64,000 bases of DNA from an uncultured Bacteroidota bacterium (GTDB lineage: Bacteria > Bacteroidota > Ignavibacteria > UBA10030 > UBA6906): positions 188,734 through 252,733 of the forward strand of contig CAVQPT010000006.1 in the NCBI GenBank assembly GCA_963714855.1, in the 5' to 3' direction. The position numbers and the translations under genes are program-made. Within the stretch, counting starts at the first letter, position 1, and each line of letters begins with the position of its first letter. The notes below the pieces were generated by a model, which was not told the DNA's origin, made no database searches, and saw nothing but the letters and a program-made list of their open reading frames with translations. Positions 18,636 through 27,643 of the stretch are shown here, in pieces.

Positions 18636-19684
18636 GGGCTGTCCGCCTTCACGGTCCCAGGGATCTGCGCGTGGAGGATGTCCCTTCTCCTCCTCCTCCG
18701 GGCCCGGGCGATGTTCAGATCCGCGTATCGGCTGTGGGGATTTGCGGGAGCGACCTTCATGCCTACCGCAGTGGAGGAATTGCAGATGCGGTCGCGCGCT
18801 CTCCTCTGGTGCTTGGCCACGAGTTCGCCGGACGGGTGGCCGCAGCAGGTCAGGGTGCGCTGGATGGGAATGGCGCGGTGCTGCACAGGAACACCCTGGT
18901 TGCCGTCGATCCCGCTCAACCGTGTGGACAGTGTGAGCGATGCAGGATGGGGGATCCGAACCTCTGTCTCCAACTCCGTTTTTGCGGACTCGCCCCCGAC
19001 GACGGGGCTTTGTGCGAGCTGATCAACATCCCCGGCTCGACCTGTTTTCCCCTGCCGGATGCGATCGACGCCGCCGCGGGCGCGATGCTCGAGCCGCTGG
19101 GCGTGGCGCTCCACGCCATCCGACTGGCAAAGGTGAAAGCAGGCAACACAGTGTCGGTTCATGGCGCCGGGCCGATCGGACTGTTGATTGTCCGGCTTGC
19201 CCGTCTCGTGCATGCCGAGCCTGTCTTTGTGACCGAGCGGCTTCCCTGGAGACTGCAAAAAGCGGCGGACGAGGGGGCCGTTCCCGTCAGCGGCGACCGC
19301 CAATCACGAGTCGTGACGATTCTCGAAGCCACTGCCGGCCGCGGTGTTGACGTGGCCGTCGAAGCGGGATGGGCGGATGTGCTGGTTCAGGAAGCGATTG
19401 ACGTTGTGCGCCCCGGGGGGCGCGTGGTGCTCGTGGGAATCCCGCATGAGGACACACTCTCCATCAACCACTCGGTGGCCCGCCGTAAAGGGCTCACCCT
19501 GCTCTTCTCACGTCGCATGGCATTCACCTATCCGCACGCGATCCGCCTCGTGGAAAACGGGACTGTAAACGTCCGGGGACTCATCAGTCACCGCTTCACC
19601 CTCGACCATACCCCCGAAGCGTTTGCTCTGAACGATCGGTATGAACACGACGTGCTGAAAGTCATGATCACCCCGGAGACCTAA
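18632..19684 (+). CDS. Zn-dependent medium-chain dehydrogenase (sorbitol/xylitol/L-arabinitol dehydrogenase-like MDR)
   Basis: Most likely a TTG start at 18632, overlapping the upstream stop as TTGA, giving [45 protein letters not shown]…GHEFAG (the structural-zinc Cys cluster [15 protein letters not shown]). Rossmann motif VHGAGPIGL. The 493-aa ORF in the track is over-extended 5'. Confidence 0.8.
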   Translation: [350 protein letters not shown]

Positions 19685-19825
19685 CGCCATCGCCGACACG
19701 TATCACGGCAAAGTCGTGCCCCTGAACCTTCCCCGTCAGCTTATCACAGTCGATCGGGACGCGACAGTGAGGGACCTCGAACAGGTGATCCCGTACACAA
19801 AGCGGGTATGGTTGCCTGGGATGGT

Positions 19826-20893
19826 TCATCCGTTGCGGGGTGGGGGAGACTCCGGCAGGAGGTTGGACAGGAGATCGCGCAAGGCGTCCGCCATGGCGGA
19901 CCCAAAGGCCGCTCCGGGGGCGCGGCGGAACAACAGGTTTGCCGACGGTGCGGACGACTGATGCCATGTCATAGATCCGCCGTCCGACGCGGTTGCAGTG
20001 AGCGGTAGGAGTTCCCAGGGCCATCGCTCGTGGCCCGCGGCTTCTTCTTCCCTCAGGAACCTCCATCCTTGTGACGTATGGGCGAGGCAACGTCCTGCTG
20101 CCATCACGAGGCATGTGGTGGACCACATGTTTCGTGTTGCGGCCAGAATGTTCTCCCATGCGGCTCCCCGTCCTTCTTCGTCCAACGCACCGATGATGTC
20201 TCCGCGTGTGTTTGCTGTCAGCGCATATGCAAACCACGCACGAAGTGGTTGCGGGAGGGTGGCCATGAGTGCTTCATGGGTTGTCTGCCAATACGAGCCG
20301 TATTCGTGATCGGGCGAGAACGGTCCACGGTCAGTAGTGCACGGATACCAGTGAATCGGGAGCCCGGACCGCCAGAGGCGGACATACGCCGCGCGGTCGA
20401 GCATGACGTTCCACTCCTCGCGTGATGCGTCGAGGGATCCTGCACTCAAAAGGATGGCTCCCGTTTTCTTCTTGAGAAGGACGGGGTCGCGATTGTATGC
20501 GGCTGCCAGGACGCGAGTTGAGCCGACAACGGAAATGACGAGTGGCTGACTACTGGAGTGGAGCAGATCGAGCAACAGGACGATCCCTGCTTGATCGCGG
20601 GCAGGTCGGTCGAGAGCTGTATCCTCGCCGTGGCGGAGCGGGTCCGGGGGGCCTGCAGCGACCGGGATGGCGCGGCCAGTGAGATACGAAAGCTGGGCAA
20701 CGGGAACGAAGCCCGGGTCGCGCCGGATATCGCGCCCTGCGGGTGCCGACTCGAGAAACTCCCGCGTTCCATCCAGGATCACACCACGGAGATCCAATTC
20801 GGGAAGGGCCATGATCGTTGCGAGGTCAATATGGTCATCCGGGTCCTGAGGAGGATGATACAGATCGGTTATGTGGACGATGGGAATGGCCAT
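19826..20893 (-). CDS. Nucleoside-hydrolase-like domain protein (IU-nucleoside hydrolase / DUF1593-like)
   Basis: N-terminal IVHITDLYHPPQDPDDHIDLATIMAL resembles the DxDxxxDD Ca-binding motif of nucleoside hydrolase-like proteins. 355 aa, intact. Confidence 0.45.
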   Translation of the reverse strand: MAIPIVHITDLYHPPQDPDDHIDLATIMALPELDLRGVILDGTREFLESAPAGRDIRRDPGFVPVAQLSYLTGRAIPVAAGPPDPLRHGEDTALDRPARDQAGIVLLLDLLHSSSQPLVISVVGSTRVLAAAYNRDPVLLKKKTGAILLSAGSLDASREEWNVMLDRAAYVRLWRSGLPIHWYPCTTDRGPFSPDHEYGSYWQTTHEALMATLPQPLRAWFAYALTANTRGDIIGALDEEGRGAAWENILAATRNMWSTTCLVMAAGRCLAHTSQGWRFLREEEAAGHERWPWELLPLTATASDGGSMTWHQSSAPSANLLFRRAPGAAFGSAMADALRDLLSNLLPESPPPRNG

Positions 20894-21022
20894 GCGATGC
20901 TATCCTGTCGTGAAAGACGGTCCCCCACAAAGAAGGAAAACAGTCCTCGAAAAATCAACCCGGCGGGAGGCAACCATTCGTTCCGACCTGCCGTCTAATA
21001 CCATACGAACCAGCTGGTGTGC

Positions 21023-21616
21023 ATGGAAGAGAACGACCTGATCCAAAAAGCACGTGGGGGAGATATGCGGGCCTTCAGTGACCTCGTGCGTCTCCATGAC
21101 CGCGCCATCCTGTCTCTCGCGGCACGGTTTGCGGGAAATGCGGAAGACGCCAAGGACATCTTTCAGGAGGTACTGATCAATGTCTACAGGGGACTTCCCG
21201 CTTTTGCGTTCCGGAGTGCCTTCGCCACCTGGATCCACCGCATCACGGTCAACGCCTGTCTTTCCCACAGAAGGAAACGACAGCCGGCCTGGCAGATCCC
21301 GATTCATGCGGCGGTGGAAGGAGAACCGGCATACGGTTGGACAGAGGAGCTGGTCTCTTCACCAGACCCGGGTCCTTACGATGCTGCGGTACAGGCCGAT
21401 GCTGCCGACCAGGTCCGTCGGGCATTGATGAACCTCTCGCCGCGACAGCGGATGGTGTTCACGCTCCACCACGACGAAGGATACACGCTGAAAGAGATCG
21501 GACTCTCACTCCGATGCGCGGAGGGAACAGTGAAACGGTATCTCTTCACGGCGACGCGAAGGCTTCGGGAACAGCTTGGACACATGATAGAGAAGGAAAG
21601 AGAAGGTAACGGATGA
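21023..21616 (+). CDS. ECF-type RNA polymerase sigma-70 factor
   Basis: Sigma70_r2 region (DIFQEVLINVYRGLPAFAFRSAFATWIHRITVNACLSHRR) and sigma70_r4 region (LSPRQRMVFTLHHDEGYTLKEIGLSLRCAEGTVKRYL). ATG at 21023, downstream of a GTG at 21017. Confidence 0.9.
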   Translation: MEENDLIQKARGGDMRAFSDLVRLHDRAILSLAARFAGNAEDAKDIFQEVLINVYRGLPAFAFRSAFATWIHRITVNACLSHRRKRQPAWQIPIHAAVEGEPAYGWTEELVSSPDPGPYDAAVQADAADQVRRALMNLSPRQRMVFTLHHDEGYTLKEIGLSLRCAEGTVKRYLFTATRRLREQLGHMIEKEREGNG

Positions 21617-22542
21617 TAGGGCATTGGCGCTTCAGAAGGGTTCTTCCTCTGTATGCGAGCGGCCGGCTCGACGGAGCGGAGCGGTCCAGGATAGAGGATC
21701 ATGTGCAGGCGTGTGCGACCTGCCGTGATGAAGTGGAGAGCATCAGACGCCTGCACACGCTCCTGAATGCACTTCCTCCGGTTCTATTTTCTGATGAGGA
21801 TGTGGCCGACGCGCGCGCCAGGGCATTCGCCGGACTTCATGCATTCCGATCCCGGCCGGGGGTCAGGGGACAGGCGTTCGAGTACTTTTCACGCCCCGCC
21901 GTCAGAGGGGTCTCCATCGCAACGGGGGCACTCGCCCTCGTGCTCATAGGCTTCTGGGGAGGACGGCTCCTTTCTCCCACACCCATCGGTGGGGGAGAGA
22001 TTCCCCTCTTCGGGAGTGAGGTGCAGGTGACCCAGCTCCGGTCGTATGTCGATGATAATTTGCAGCCTGTCGTCGAGGTAGGATTTGAACGGACAAGCCG
22101 GGAGGTGGTGTGCGGGACACCGCTCGATCCCGCCATCCAGCGTGTATTGGCCCAGGCACTGATAAACGGCCTCAATCCCGGCATACGTCTACGGGCTGCT
22201 GGAGCAATAGGCGGGCCAATGGTCTCTTCCCCGGATCCGGAAGTGAAGGCGGCATTCCTGCTTGCGCTGACGTCTGACGCGAACGATGGGGTCCGGAAAG
22301 CAGCCCTTGAGGCCCTGCTCCACTCTCCTGCTGATGTGAAGGTCCGCGATGCCCTTCTCTTCGTGGTGCTGCATGACCCCAATCCGGGTCTTCGCATGGC
22401 TGCCATCAATGGCCTCGATTCGCTCCGCGCGCGAGGCGTTCTTCCCGATCGATCGACGCGGGATGCTCTCGAAGAATCAGCGCGAAGCGATAAAAATACT
22501 GTCGTTCGTGTGAAGGCACAATCGTACCTCAAGGAGAACTGA
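21613..22542 (+). CDS. Anti-sigma factor (zf-HC2 N-terminal motif, one TM) with periplasmic HEAT/ARM-like repeat domain
   Basis: Start overlaps the sigma-factor stop (ATGA). It has HVQACATCRDEVESIRRL (a zf-HC2-type anti-sigma motif) and a TM helix GALALVLIGFWGG. The C-terminus has repeated …RLRAAGAIGG…VRKAALEALLHSPADVKVRDALLFVVLHDPNPGLRMAAINGL… HEAT-like repeats. Confidence 0.7.
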   Translation: MIGHWRFRRVLPLYASGRLDGAERSRIEDHVQACATCRDEVESIRRLHTLLNALPPVLFSDEDVADARARAFAGLHAFRSRPGVRGQAFEYFSRPAVRGVSIATGALALVLIGFWGGRLLSPTPIGGGEIPLFGSEVQVTQLRSYVDDNLQPVVEVGFERTSREVVCGTPLDPAIQRVLAQALINGLNPGIRLRAAGAIGGPMVSSPDPEVKAAFLLALTSDANDGVRKAALEALLHSPADVKVRDALLFVVLHDPNPGLRMAAINGLDSLRARGVLPDRSTRDALEESARSDKNTVVRVKAQSYLKEN

Positions 22543-22544
22543 TC

Positions 22545-23666
22545 ATGACCCTGATACGCGTTGTCCGTTCCGTGCTCGCAATGAGCCTGATTGTGGCGAC
22601 TGCATCGTTCGCCGGTGAGCGTGTGCAGTCGTTTGCTGCAAAGAAAGGTGGGAGGCTGGCCGTCCGTGTAGATGCGGGGCCGATCACGGTCCGCGGCTGG
22701 GACAAGAACGAAGTGTTTGTCCGCGTGACGTCTGACGACGAAGACCTTCTGAAGAAAGTGACGATCACCGAGGGTGGAGGAAAGGTGCAGGTCGAATACC
22801 GTGGCCGCGGTCGGGAAGAACGCGAGATCGCGTTCGCAATCAGCGTTCCTTCGAGCTTCGACATCGATCTGCGTACGGCGGGAGGATCGCTGACCGTCGA
22901 GGGTCCATTATCCGGAGAACTCGAGGGATCGACCGCCGGTGGGACTCTTGTCCTGGGAAATCTGGGAGGGAAGGTGAAAATGGAAACTGCCGGCGGGAGC
23001 GTGACATCGGGGGAAACCACCGGTGATCTGTTCGTGCGCACGGCGGGCGGAGATATCACGGTCAAGAACGTGACAGGACGGGCCGAACTTTCGACGGCCG
23101 GCGGGCGCATTGCGGTCGGTACTGTGGCACGCGACCTCGAAGCGTCGACTGCAGGCGGCGATCTGCGCATAGGGAACGTTGGAGGAAACGTGAAAGCCTC
23201 TACTGCGGGTGGCACCATCCGGGTTCAATCGGGGCGCGGAAAGGTAGTGTTGAGTTCGGCGGGAGGGGGCATCGAATTGAATTCCGCTCAGGGGGGCGTC
23301 TTGGCCAACACCTCGGCCGGCAATATCACGCTCCAGGATATTCAGGGGTCCGTCTCCGCCCGCTCGGCAGCCGGAGACGTCACGGTGATGCTCGACCCTG
23401 CGCCCGGAGAATCGAGTGCGATCGCGACGTCTGCGGGCAGCATCGTCCTGACGCTTCCGTCCGCTGCCAAAGCGTCTATCATGGCGCGCAACGGTGGGTA
23501 CTTCTCGATGGAGGGGGACGACATACACATCTCCTCCGATTTTCCGATAACGCAGAAGGGGAGTGGTAACCGTGGAGGACGTGCGGAGATCGAGGTGAAT
23601 GGTGGAGGTCACCGCATCTCGCTCGAAACGATGATCGGAAGCATCAGCGTGAAGAAACGGAAATAA
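22545..23666 (+). CDS. DUF4097-family putative adhesin (YvlB/LiaF-C-like beta-helical repeats)
   Basis: Starts 3 nt after the anti-sigma stop. Signal peptide, then many repeats of the (S/T)AGG(D/S)I/L motif (TAGGSLTV, TAGGTLVL, TAGGSVTS, TAGGDITV, TAGGRIAV, TAGGDLRI, TAGGTIRV, SAGGGIEL…). Confidence 0.7.
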   Translation: MTLIRVVRSVLAMSLIVATASFAGERVQSFAAKKGGRLAVRVDAGPITVRGWDKNEVFVRVTSDDEDLLKKVTITEGGGKVQVEYRGRGREEREIAFAISVPSSFDIDLRTAGGSLTVEGPLSGELEGSTAGGTLVLGNLGGKVKMETAGGSVTSGETTGDLFVRTAGGDITVKNVTGRAELSTAGGRIAVGTVARDLEASTAGGDLRIGNVGGNVKASTAGGTIRVQSGRGKVVLSSAGGGIELNSAQGGVLANTSAGNITLQDIQGSVSARSAAGDVTVMLDPAPGESSAIATSAGSIVLTLPSAAKASIMARNGGYFSMEGDDIHISSDFPITQKGSGNRGGRAEIEVNGGGHRISLETMIGSISVKKRK

Positions 23667-23676
23667 CGAGTAACGG

Positions 23677-23746
23677 GTGAAGAGTGAAGGGTGGGACTCT
23701 CTCTCACTGTCGTGCGGAGCGGCCGGTTCTCCCTTCACTCTTCATC
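23677..23746. terminator. Terminator-like long hairpin between convergent genes (GTGAAGAGTGAAGGG…CCCTTCACTCTTCA)
   Basis: Arms of about 14 bp, with 14/15 complementary, flank an approximately 30-nt loop. It lies between the 3' ends of 22545-23666 (+) and 23801-26044 (-). It carries the same GTGAAGAGTGAAGG motif as the hairpin at 6462-6530. Confidence 0.45.
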
Positions 23747-23800
23747 AACATGATCCTCCTGTGCCCGGTTCACCCGGTCTCGTTGTGCCGCAATTCCCCC

Positions 23801-26044
23801 TTATATTCCCCACCGCAATCCGGCATAGGCCATCCTGCCGCTCAGTGGACCCCAGATGAGTGACGCGTCGAAATACGGGCTGGTGGGATGTTCCGGGTCC
23901 ACGATGGGATTGTCCTGGATGAAATCGAACAGATTTTCCACGCCGATATAGAGCTCCAGCCCCGGGAGGAGTGTGCGAGTGACCTGGGTGTTCAGGGTGG
24001 CGAACGCCGGCGAGCGGTCGCGGCCGCGCAGGCCCGGCGGATTCGATGCGGTGGACGGAAGCCGTTTCGGTCCAAACCACTGCACGGTAATGTCCACCGA
24101 TGTCACCGGATCTCCGGGTCGTGTCTGCTCCGTTGCGTACGCGAGGTTGATGAGGGCGCGGTGCTGGGAGTTCAGAGGGCGCTGGCGCAATGCCCCGTTG
24201 AGCTGTTGCCGCACGTCAAGGTAGCGGTAGGCGACACGAGTTTCCAGCCGGGGGAGCGGCTGCATGTTCAATTCAACCTGGAGGCTGTTTGCGAACCCGC
24301 CTGGTCCGACCGTACCAAACCGCACCTCCCGCGGGGAAGCATCGAGATCCGCTACGACCTGGCTGGAGAAGACCGTGCGGTAGAAATCGACACTGACCGT
24401 TGCTTCACGATAGCCGACCAGAAAGTAGTGTGTTACGTTGGCACCGTAGTTCCAGGCAACTTCCTGGCCGAGGCCGAACCCGAAGGAGCCGCCAGGCGCC
24501 ACGGTCACCGTCCGCGAACTGGCGAATACGGATGCATGTTCTGTGAGGATATTCGCTGTGCGGAATCCTCTTCCTGCCACCGCGCGCACGACCCAATCTT
24601 CGTCGGGAGCATACCGCACGTGCAGACGGGGGGTGACGAATGTTCCATACGCAGTATGATAATCTGCCCTGATGCCGGCGACGATCGAAAATTCGTCTAA
24701 TGGCCGGTAGGTATATTCGAAGAACACGCCCGGGACGCGCTCCGTGCGGTTGAATGCCAGGAGGTCGAACGACTCGTCATACCGGTCCACCAGAATGCTT
24801 GCCCCCGTTCTGAAACCGTGGACTGTGGATCCGAGGATTGACTGATAGAGGAAATTCAGATAGCCCGTTTCCTGAATACCCGCGTATGATCGCGGTCCGA
24901 ACGAGGACGTATTCCGGTACCGGCCGAGGGACCACTGGATCCCAAAGCTCTGATACGGCTTCCCCTCGAAGACGTGGCCGGTCTTGCCGCTGAGTCTCAG
25001 ATACTGCGATGTGGTCCCGAAACGAAAGACAGATTCGGACGGCACGGAACTGTTCTGCCGTGTCCCTCCCTCCTTCGTGTCGTGGACATACTGCAGCAGG
25101 AATTGCCCTTCCCATCCGTCGGGATTGGAATAGCTCCAACGCTGCAGAGCGTTCACGGTGGTGAAGACCGGAAAGTCCAGAAACCGGTCACTGTTTCTGT
25201 CTGCCTCGACCCTCTGGGAACTCGCATGCATCAATGTCATGGACGACCAGTGGGAGCCAAGGGGTTGTCGGAATGCGAGGTTCCCTTCAATCCGCGCATC
25301 CATGTTCCCGTACACATTGACGGCGACCCGTTGTTCTTCCGCATCGTCGGGTTTCCGGAGGTCGACGTCGATCTGTCCGGTAATGGATTCAAAGCCGTTG
25401 GCGACGGATCCGATCCCCTTGGAGACATTGATCGCCTTGATCCACGTACCGGGAATAAACGTAAGACCGACGTTTGAGGTCAACCCCCGGATGTACGGAA
25501 GGTTCTCCAGGGTGGTCTGGGTGTAGATGCCGGAAAGTCCGAGCATCTCAATCTGCCTCGTCCCCGTGATTGCGTCGGCGAAGGAAACATCGATCGCCGG
25601 GTTGGTTTCAAAGCTTTCCGCGAGATTGCAGCATGCTGCTTTCGTGAGTTCTTTCTGCGTCATGCGCTGGACGGAGCGGGCATCCATGTAGTCAATGACC
25701 GTCGCAGCGCGCTCGCCGACAATCTGTAGACCTTCCACTTCCCGCGTGACTGCCAGCAGGGTAACCGCGATCGATGAGACTGGTCCAACGACCAGCGTGT
25801 CTGCGGCGTAGGCGGCATGGCGGACGATCAGGACGCGCGTCGTGTCGACGAAGGCCAGAGTAAAGTGGCCATCGGAGTCGGAGATCGTTCCGCGTGTGGT
25901 CCCTTTCCAATACACACTGACACCGGCTAGCGTCGCGACCGTTCCGTCCGATTCCCGGCCGGACACTGTTCCGTGGAGGATCTCCTGGGCGGAACCAGCA
26001 ACCGCCCAGAGAACGGTGAACAGGATTACAAGATAGCGCTTCAA
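23801..26044 (-). CDS. TonB-dependent outer-membrane receptor with N-terminal CarbD-like domain
   Basis: Signal peptide, CarbD-like GTVSGRESDGTVATLAGVSVYWKGTTRGTISDSDGHFTL, a plug domain, and a beta-barrel ending …AGLRWGI. 747 aa. Confidence 0.9.
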   Translation of the reverse strand: MKRYLVILFTVLWAVAGSAQEILHGTVSGRESDGTVATLAGVSVYWKGTTRGTISDSDGHFTLAFVDTTRVLIVRHAAYAADTLVVGPVSSIAVTLLAVTREVEGLQIVGERAATVIDYMDARSVQRMTQKELTKAACCNLAESFETNPAIDVSFADAITGTRQIEMLGLSGIYTQTTLENLPYIRGLTSNVGLTFIPGTWIKAINVSKGIGSVANGFESITGQIDVDLRKPDDAEEQRVAVNVYGNMDARIEGNLAFRQPLGSHWSSMTLMHASSQRVEADRNSDRFLDFPVFTTVNALQRWSYSNPDGWEGQFLLQYVHDTKEGGTRQNSSVPSESVFRFGTTSQYLRLSGKTGHVFEGKPYQSFGIQWSLGRYRNTSSFGPRSYAGIQETGYLNFLYQSILGSTVHGFRTGASILVDRYDESFDLLAFNRTERVPGVFFEYTYRPLDEFSIVAGIRADYHTAYGTFVTPRLHVRYAPDEDWVVRAVAGRGFRTANILTEHASVFASSRTVTVAPGGSFGFGLGQEVAWNYGANVTHYFLVGYREATVSVDFYRTVFSSQVVADLDASPREVRFGTVGPGGFANSLQVELNMQPLPRLETRVAYRYLDVRQQLNGALRQRPLNSQHRALINLAYATEQTRPGDPVTSVDITVQWFGPKRLPSTASNPPGLRGRDRSPAFATLNTQVTRTLLPGLELYIGVENLFDFIQDNPIVDPEHPTSPYFDASLIWGPLSGRMAYAGLRWGI

Positions 26045-26062
26045 TTGGAGAGGCCTCCCTGC

Positions 26063-26410
26063 TCAGTGTGTTTTGGCGTTGTCGCGGTAGAGACAACAGG
26101 CGGGGAGGACGGCGTACACGGAGTCCGGAGCGTGGTAGGGGCCCGTGTCGTGACCGACTGCAGCGATCCGCTTCTGAAGAGAGTCCACCGTCATTGCAGG
26201 CGACTCAAACGCAACCGACAGGATCTTGGTTTTCTTGTTCCACCGGGCGAACTTCACTTCGTCGAGAGCGACGGCCTTCTCGATGCGTGTCTTGCACATT
26301 GAACAATTACCAGCGACGGCGAATGTCTCTTCGCGGACCGATGATTCCTGGGCGATGAGTGAACCGGCGCTGAGTGCGAGCGCCACGAGACTGCACAAGA
26401 GGATCTTCAT
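26063..26410 (-). CDS. Secreted heavy-metal-associated (HMA) domain protein (copper-chaperone-like)
   Basis: Signal peptide, then FAVAGNCSMCKTRIEKAVALDEVK. This matches the HMA fold motif G(M/N)xCxxCxxxIEKAL. It lies 18 nt upstream of, and in the same direction as, the TonB receptor. Confidence 0.65.
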   Translation of the reverse strand: MKILLCSLVALALSAGSLIAQESSVREETFAVAGNCSMCKTRIEKAVALDEVKFARWNKKTKILSVAFESPAMTVDSLQKRIAAVGHDTGPYHAPDSVYAVLPACCLYRDNAKTH

Positions 26411-26502
26411 TGTTGTCCTTTTTGAATACTGTGACCTGAACGGAGATTACTCCCACGTCAACGGCGTAGTGCCGCTGCCCGGGCCGCATGGGTGGTCACG
26501 TC

Positions 26503-26886
26503 TCAAATACGGAGTGTACAGTACAGCAGGGTCAGAGGGGGTGTGCCGGGTGGAGGTGATGGCGTGGCGTGGACTTCAGCCAGTGGTGCGTTGAGCAGGT
26601 CGCCGACAGTGATCGGAAGAGGAAGAAATTCCTGGACAGGCAGTGGTCCTGCAGACCACGATCCTGTAGCTGTGTGATCATCGCTGACGACCAGCGAAAC
26701 AACTGCATTGAAACAGCAGCGGGACATCTGTTCGTCTTCGGCACAGCACGATTGTGGCTCGCTCAACGGTGCCGACACAAGACCCGAAGAGACCAGTGTA
26801 CCGTCGCAGAAATGCGAAGCAACGGTTACACCGACCGTCACCGTGAGGTACAGGCTTACCAGGAATATGCGGGACACCGTGCGCAT
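26503..26886 (-). CDS. Small secreted Cys-rich hypothetical protein (doubtful; the 3' half has poor codon bias)
   Basis: MRTVSRIFLVSLYLTVTVGVTVASHFCDGT…SCCAEDEQMSRCCFN…. It has a signal-peptide-like N-terminus and 7 Cys, and lies upstream of the HMA-TonB pair on the same strand. GC3 drops in the second half, so the true gene may be shorter or absent. Confidence 0.3.
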   Translation of the reverse strand: MRTVSRIFLVSLYLTVTVGVTVASHFCDGTLVSSGLVSAPLSEPQSCCAEDEQMSRCCFNAVVSLVVSDDHTATGSWSAGPLPVQEFLPLPITVGDLLNAPLAEVHATPSPPPGTPPLTLLYCTLRI

Positions 26887-27029
26887 GTACACAATGTAGG
26901 AAGATCTCGGCTTGCGCGCAAGTCCGCCCCGGAAATCGGATTCAGGCCTCTTTTGAGCCTTGTCCTCGTTGCTTCTCGCGGGGCATTTTGATAGAATGGA
27001 GTATCATCCCGAATGCCTGAGGACCAAGA

Positions 27030-27584
27030 ATGAAACAATTTCTCTCGTTGCTTCTTCTCGCACTTTTCGTCTCCGGTTTTTCCACGGCTACACCCGAACA
27101 ACCGGTACCTGGAATGGACGGGACATGGAAGCTTGTTCCGGACAAAAGTACCAATCTTGCGACGTGGCGGTCCCGTGTCCTGCAGCTGTCCATAACGACG
27201 GAACCCAACCACGTTCTGGTGCTCCATCAATGGTTGGAACGCGATCAGGTGGTCTCTGTCGACACGTTTCGCTTCAGTCCTGGCGGGAAACCGGTCACGT
27301 CGCTGGTTTCGTCAGAGCTCTGGCCGGAGAATTGGTTCATGGGTGTACTCGCCGTGAAGGGGGGCACCCGAACGGTCACGGGGGTCTGGGAGAAACCCGA
27401 ATCCCTGCTTGTGGTACACACCACGATGCCGGTGCGGACGTCGCAGGGGTTGACGGATGTCCAAACCTCCCGGCAATATCACCTGGCTCCGGACGGCACA
27501 ACCCTGACGCTGACCGAACGGCGTGCAGGCAGGCCTACGCCGATCGTGCTCACATTTGAGCGCATGACCACCACAACCCAGTGA
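27030..27584 (+). CDS. Secreted hypothetical protein (184 aa)
   Basis: Signal peptide MKQFLSLLLLALFVSGFSTA, a beta-rich body, and consistent codon bias. Confidence 0.5.
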   Translation: MKQFLSLLLLALFVSGFSTATPEQPVPGMDGTWKLVPDKSTNLATWRSRVLQLSITTEPNHVLVLHQWLERDQVVSVDTFRFSPGGKPVTSLVSSELWPENWFMGVLAVKGGTRTVTGVWEKPESLLVVHTTMPVRTSQGLTDVQTSRQYHLAPDGTTLTLTERRAGRPTPIVLTFERMTTTTQ

Positions 27585-27643
27585 GCGGGTTCCTCTGTGA
27601 TGTGCTCCACTCGCTCCTGTCTCTGACCGAAGGAAAACTGTCA

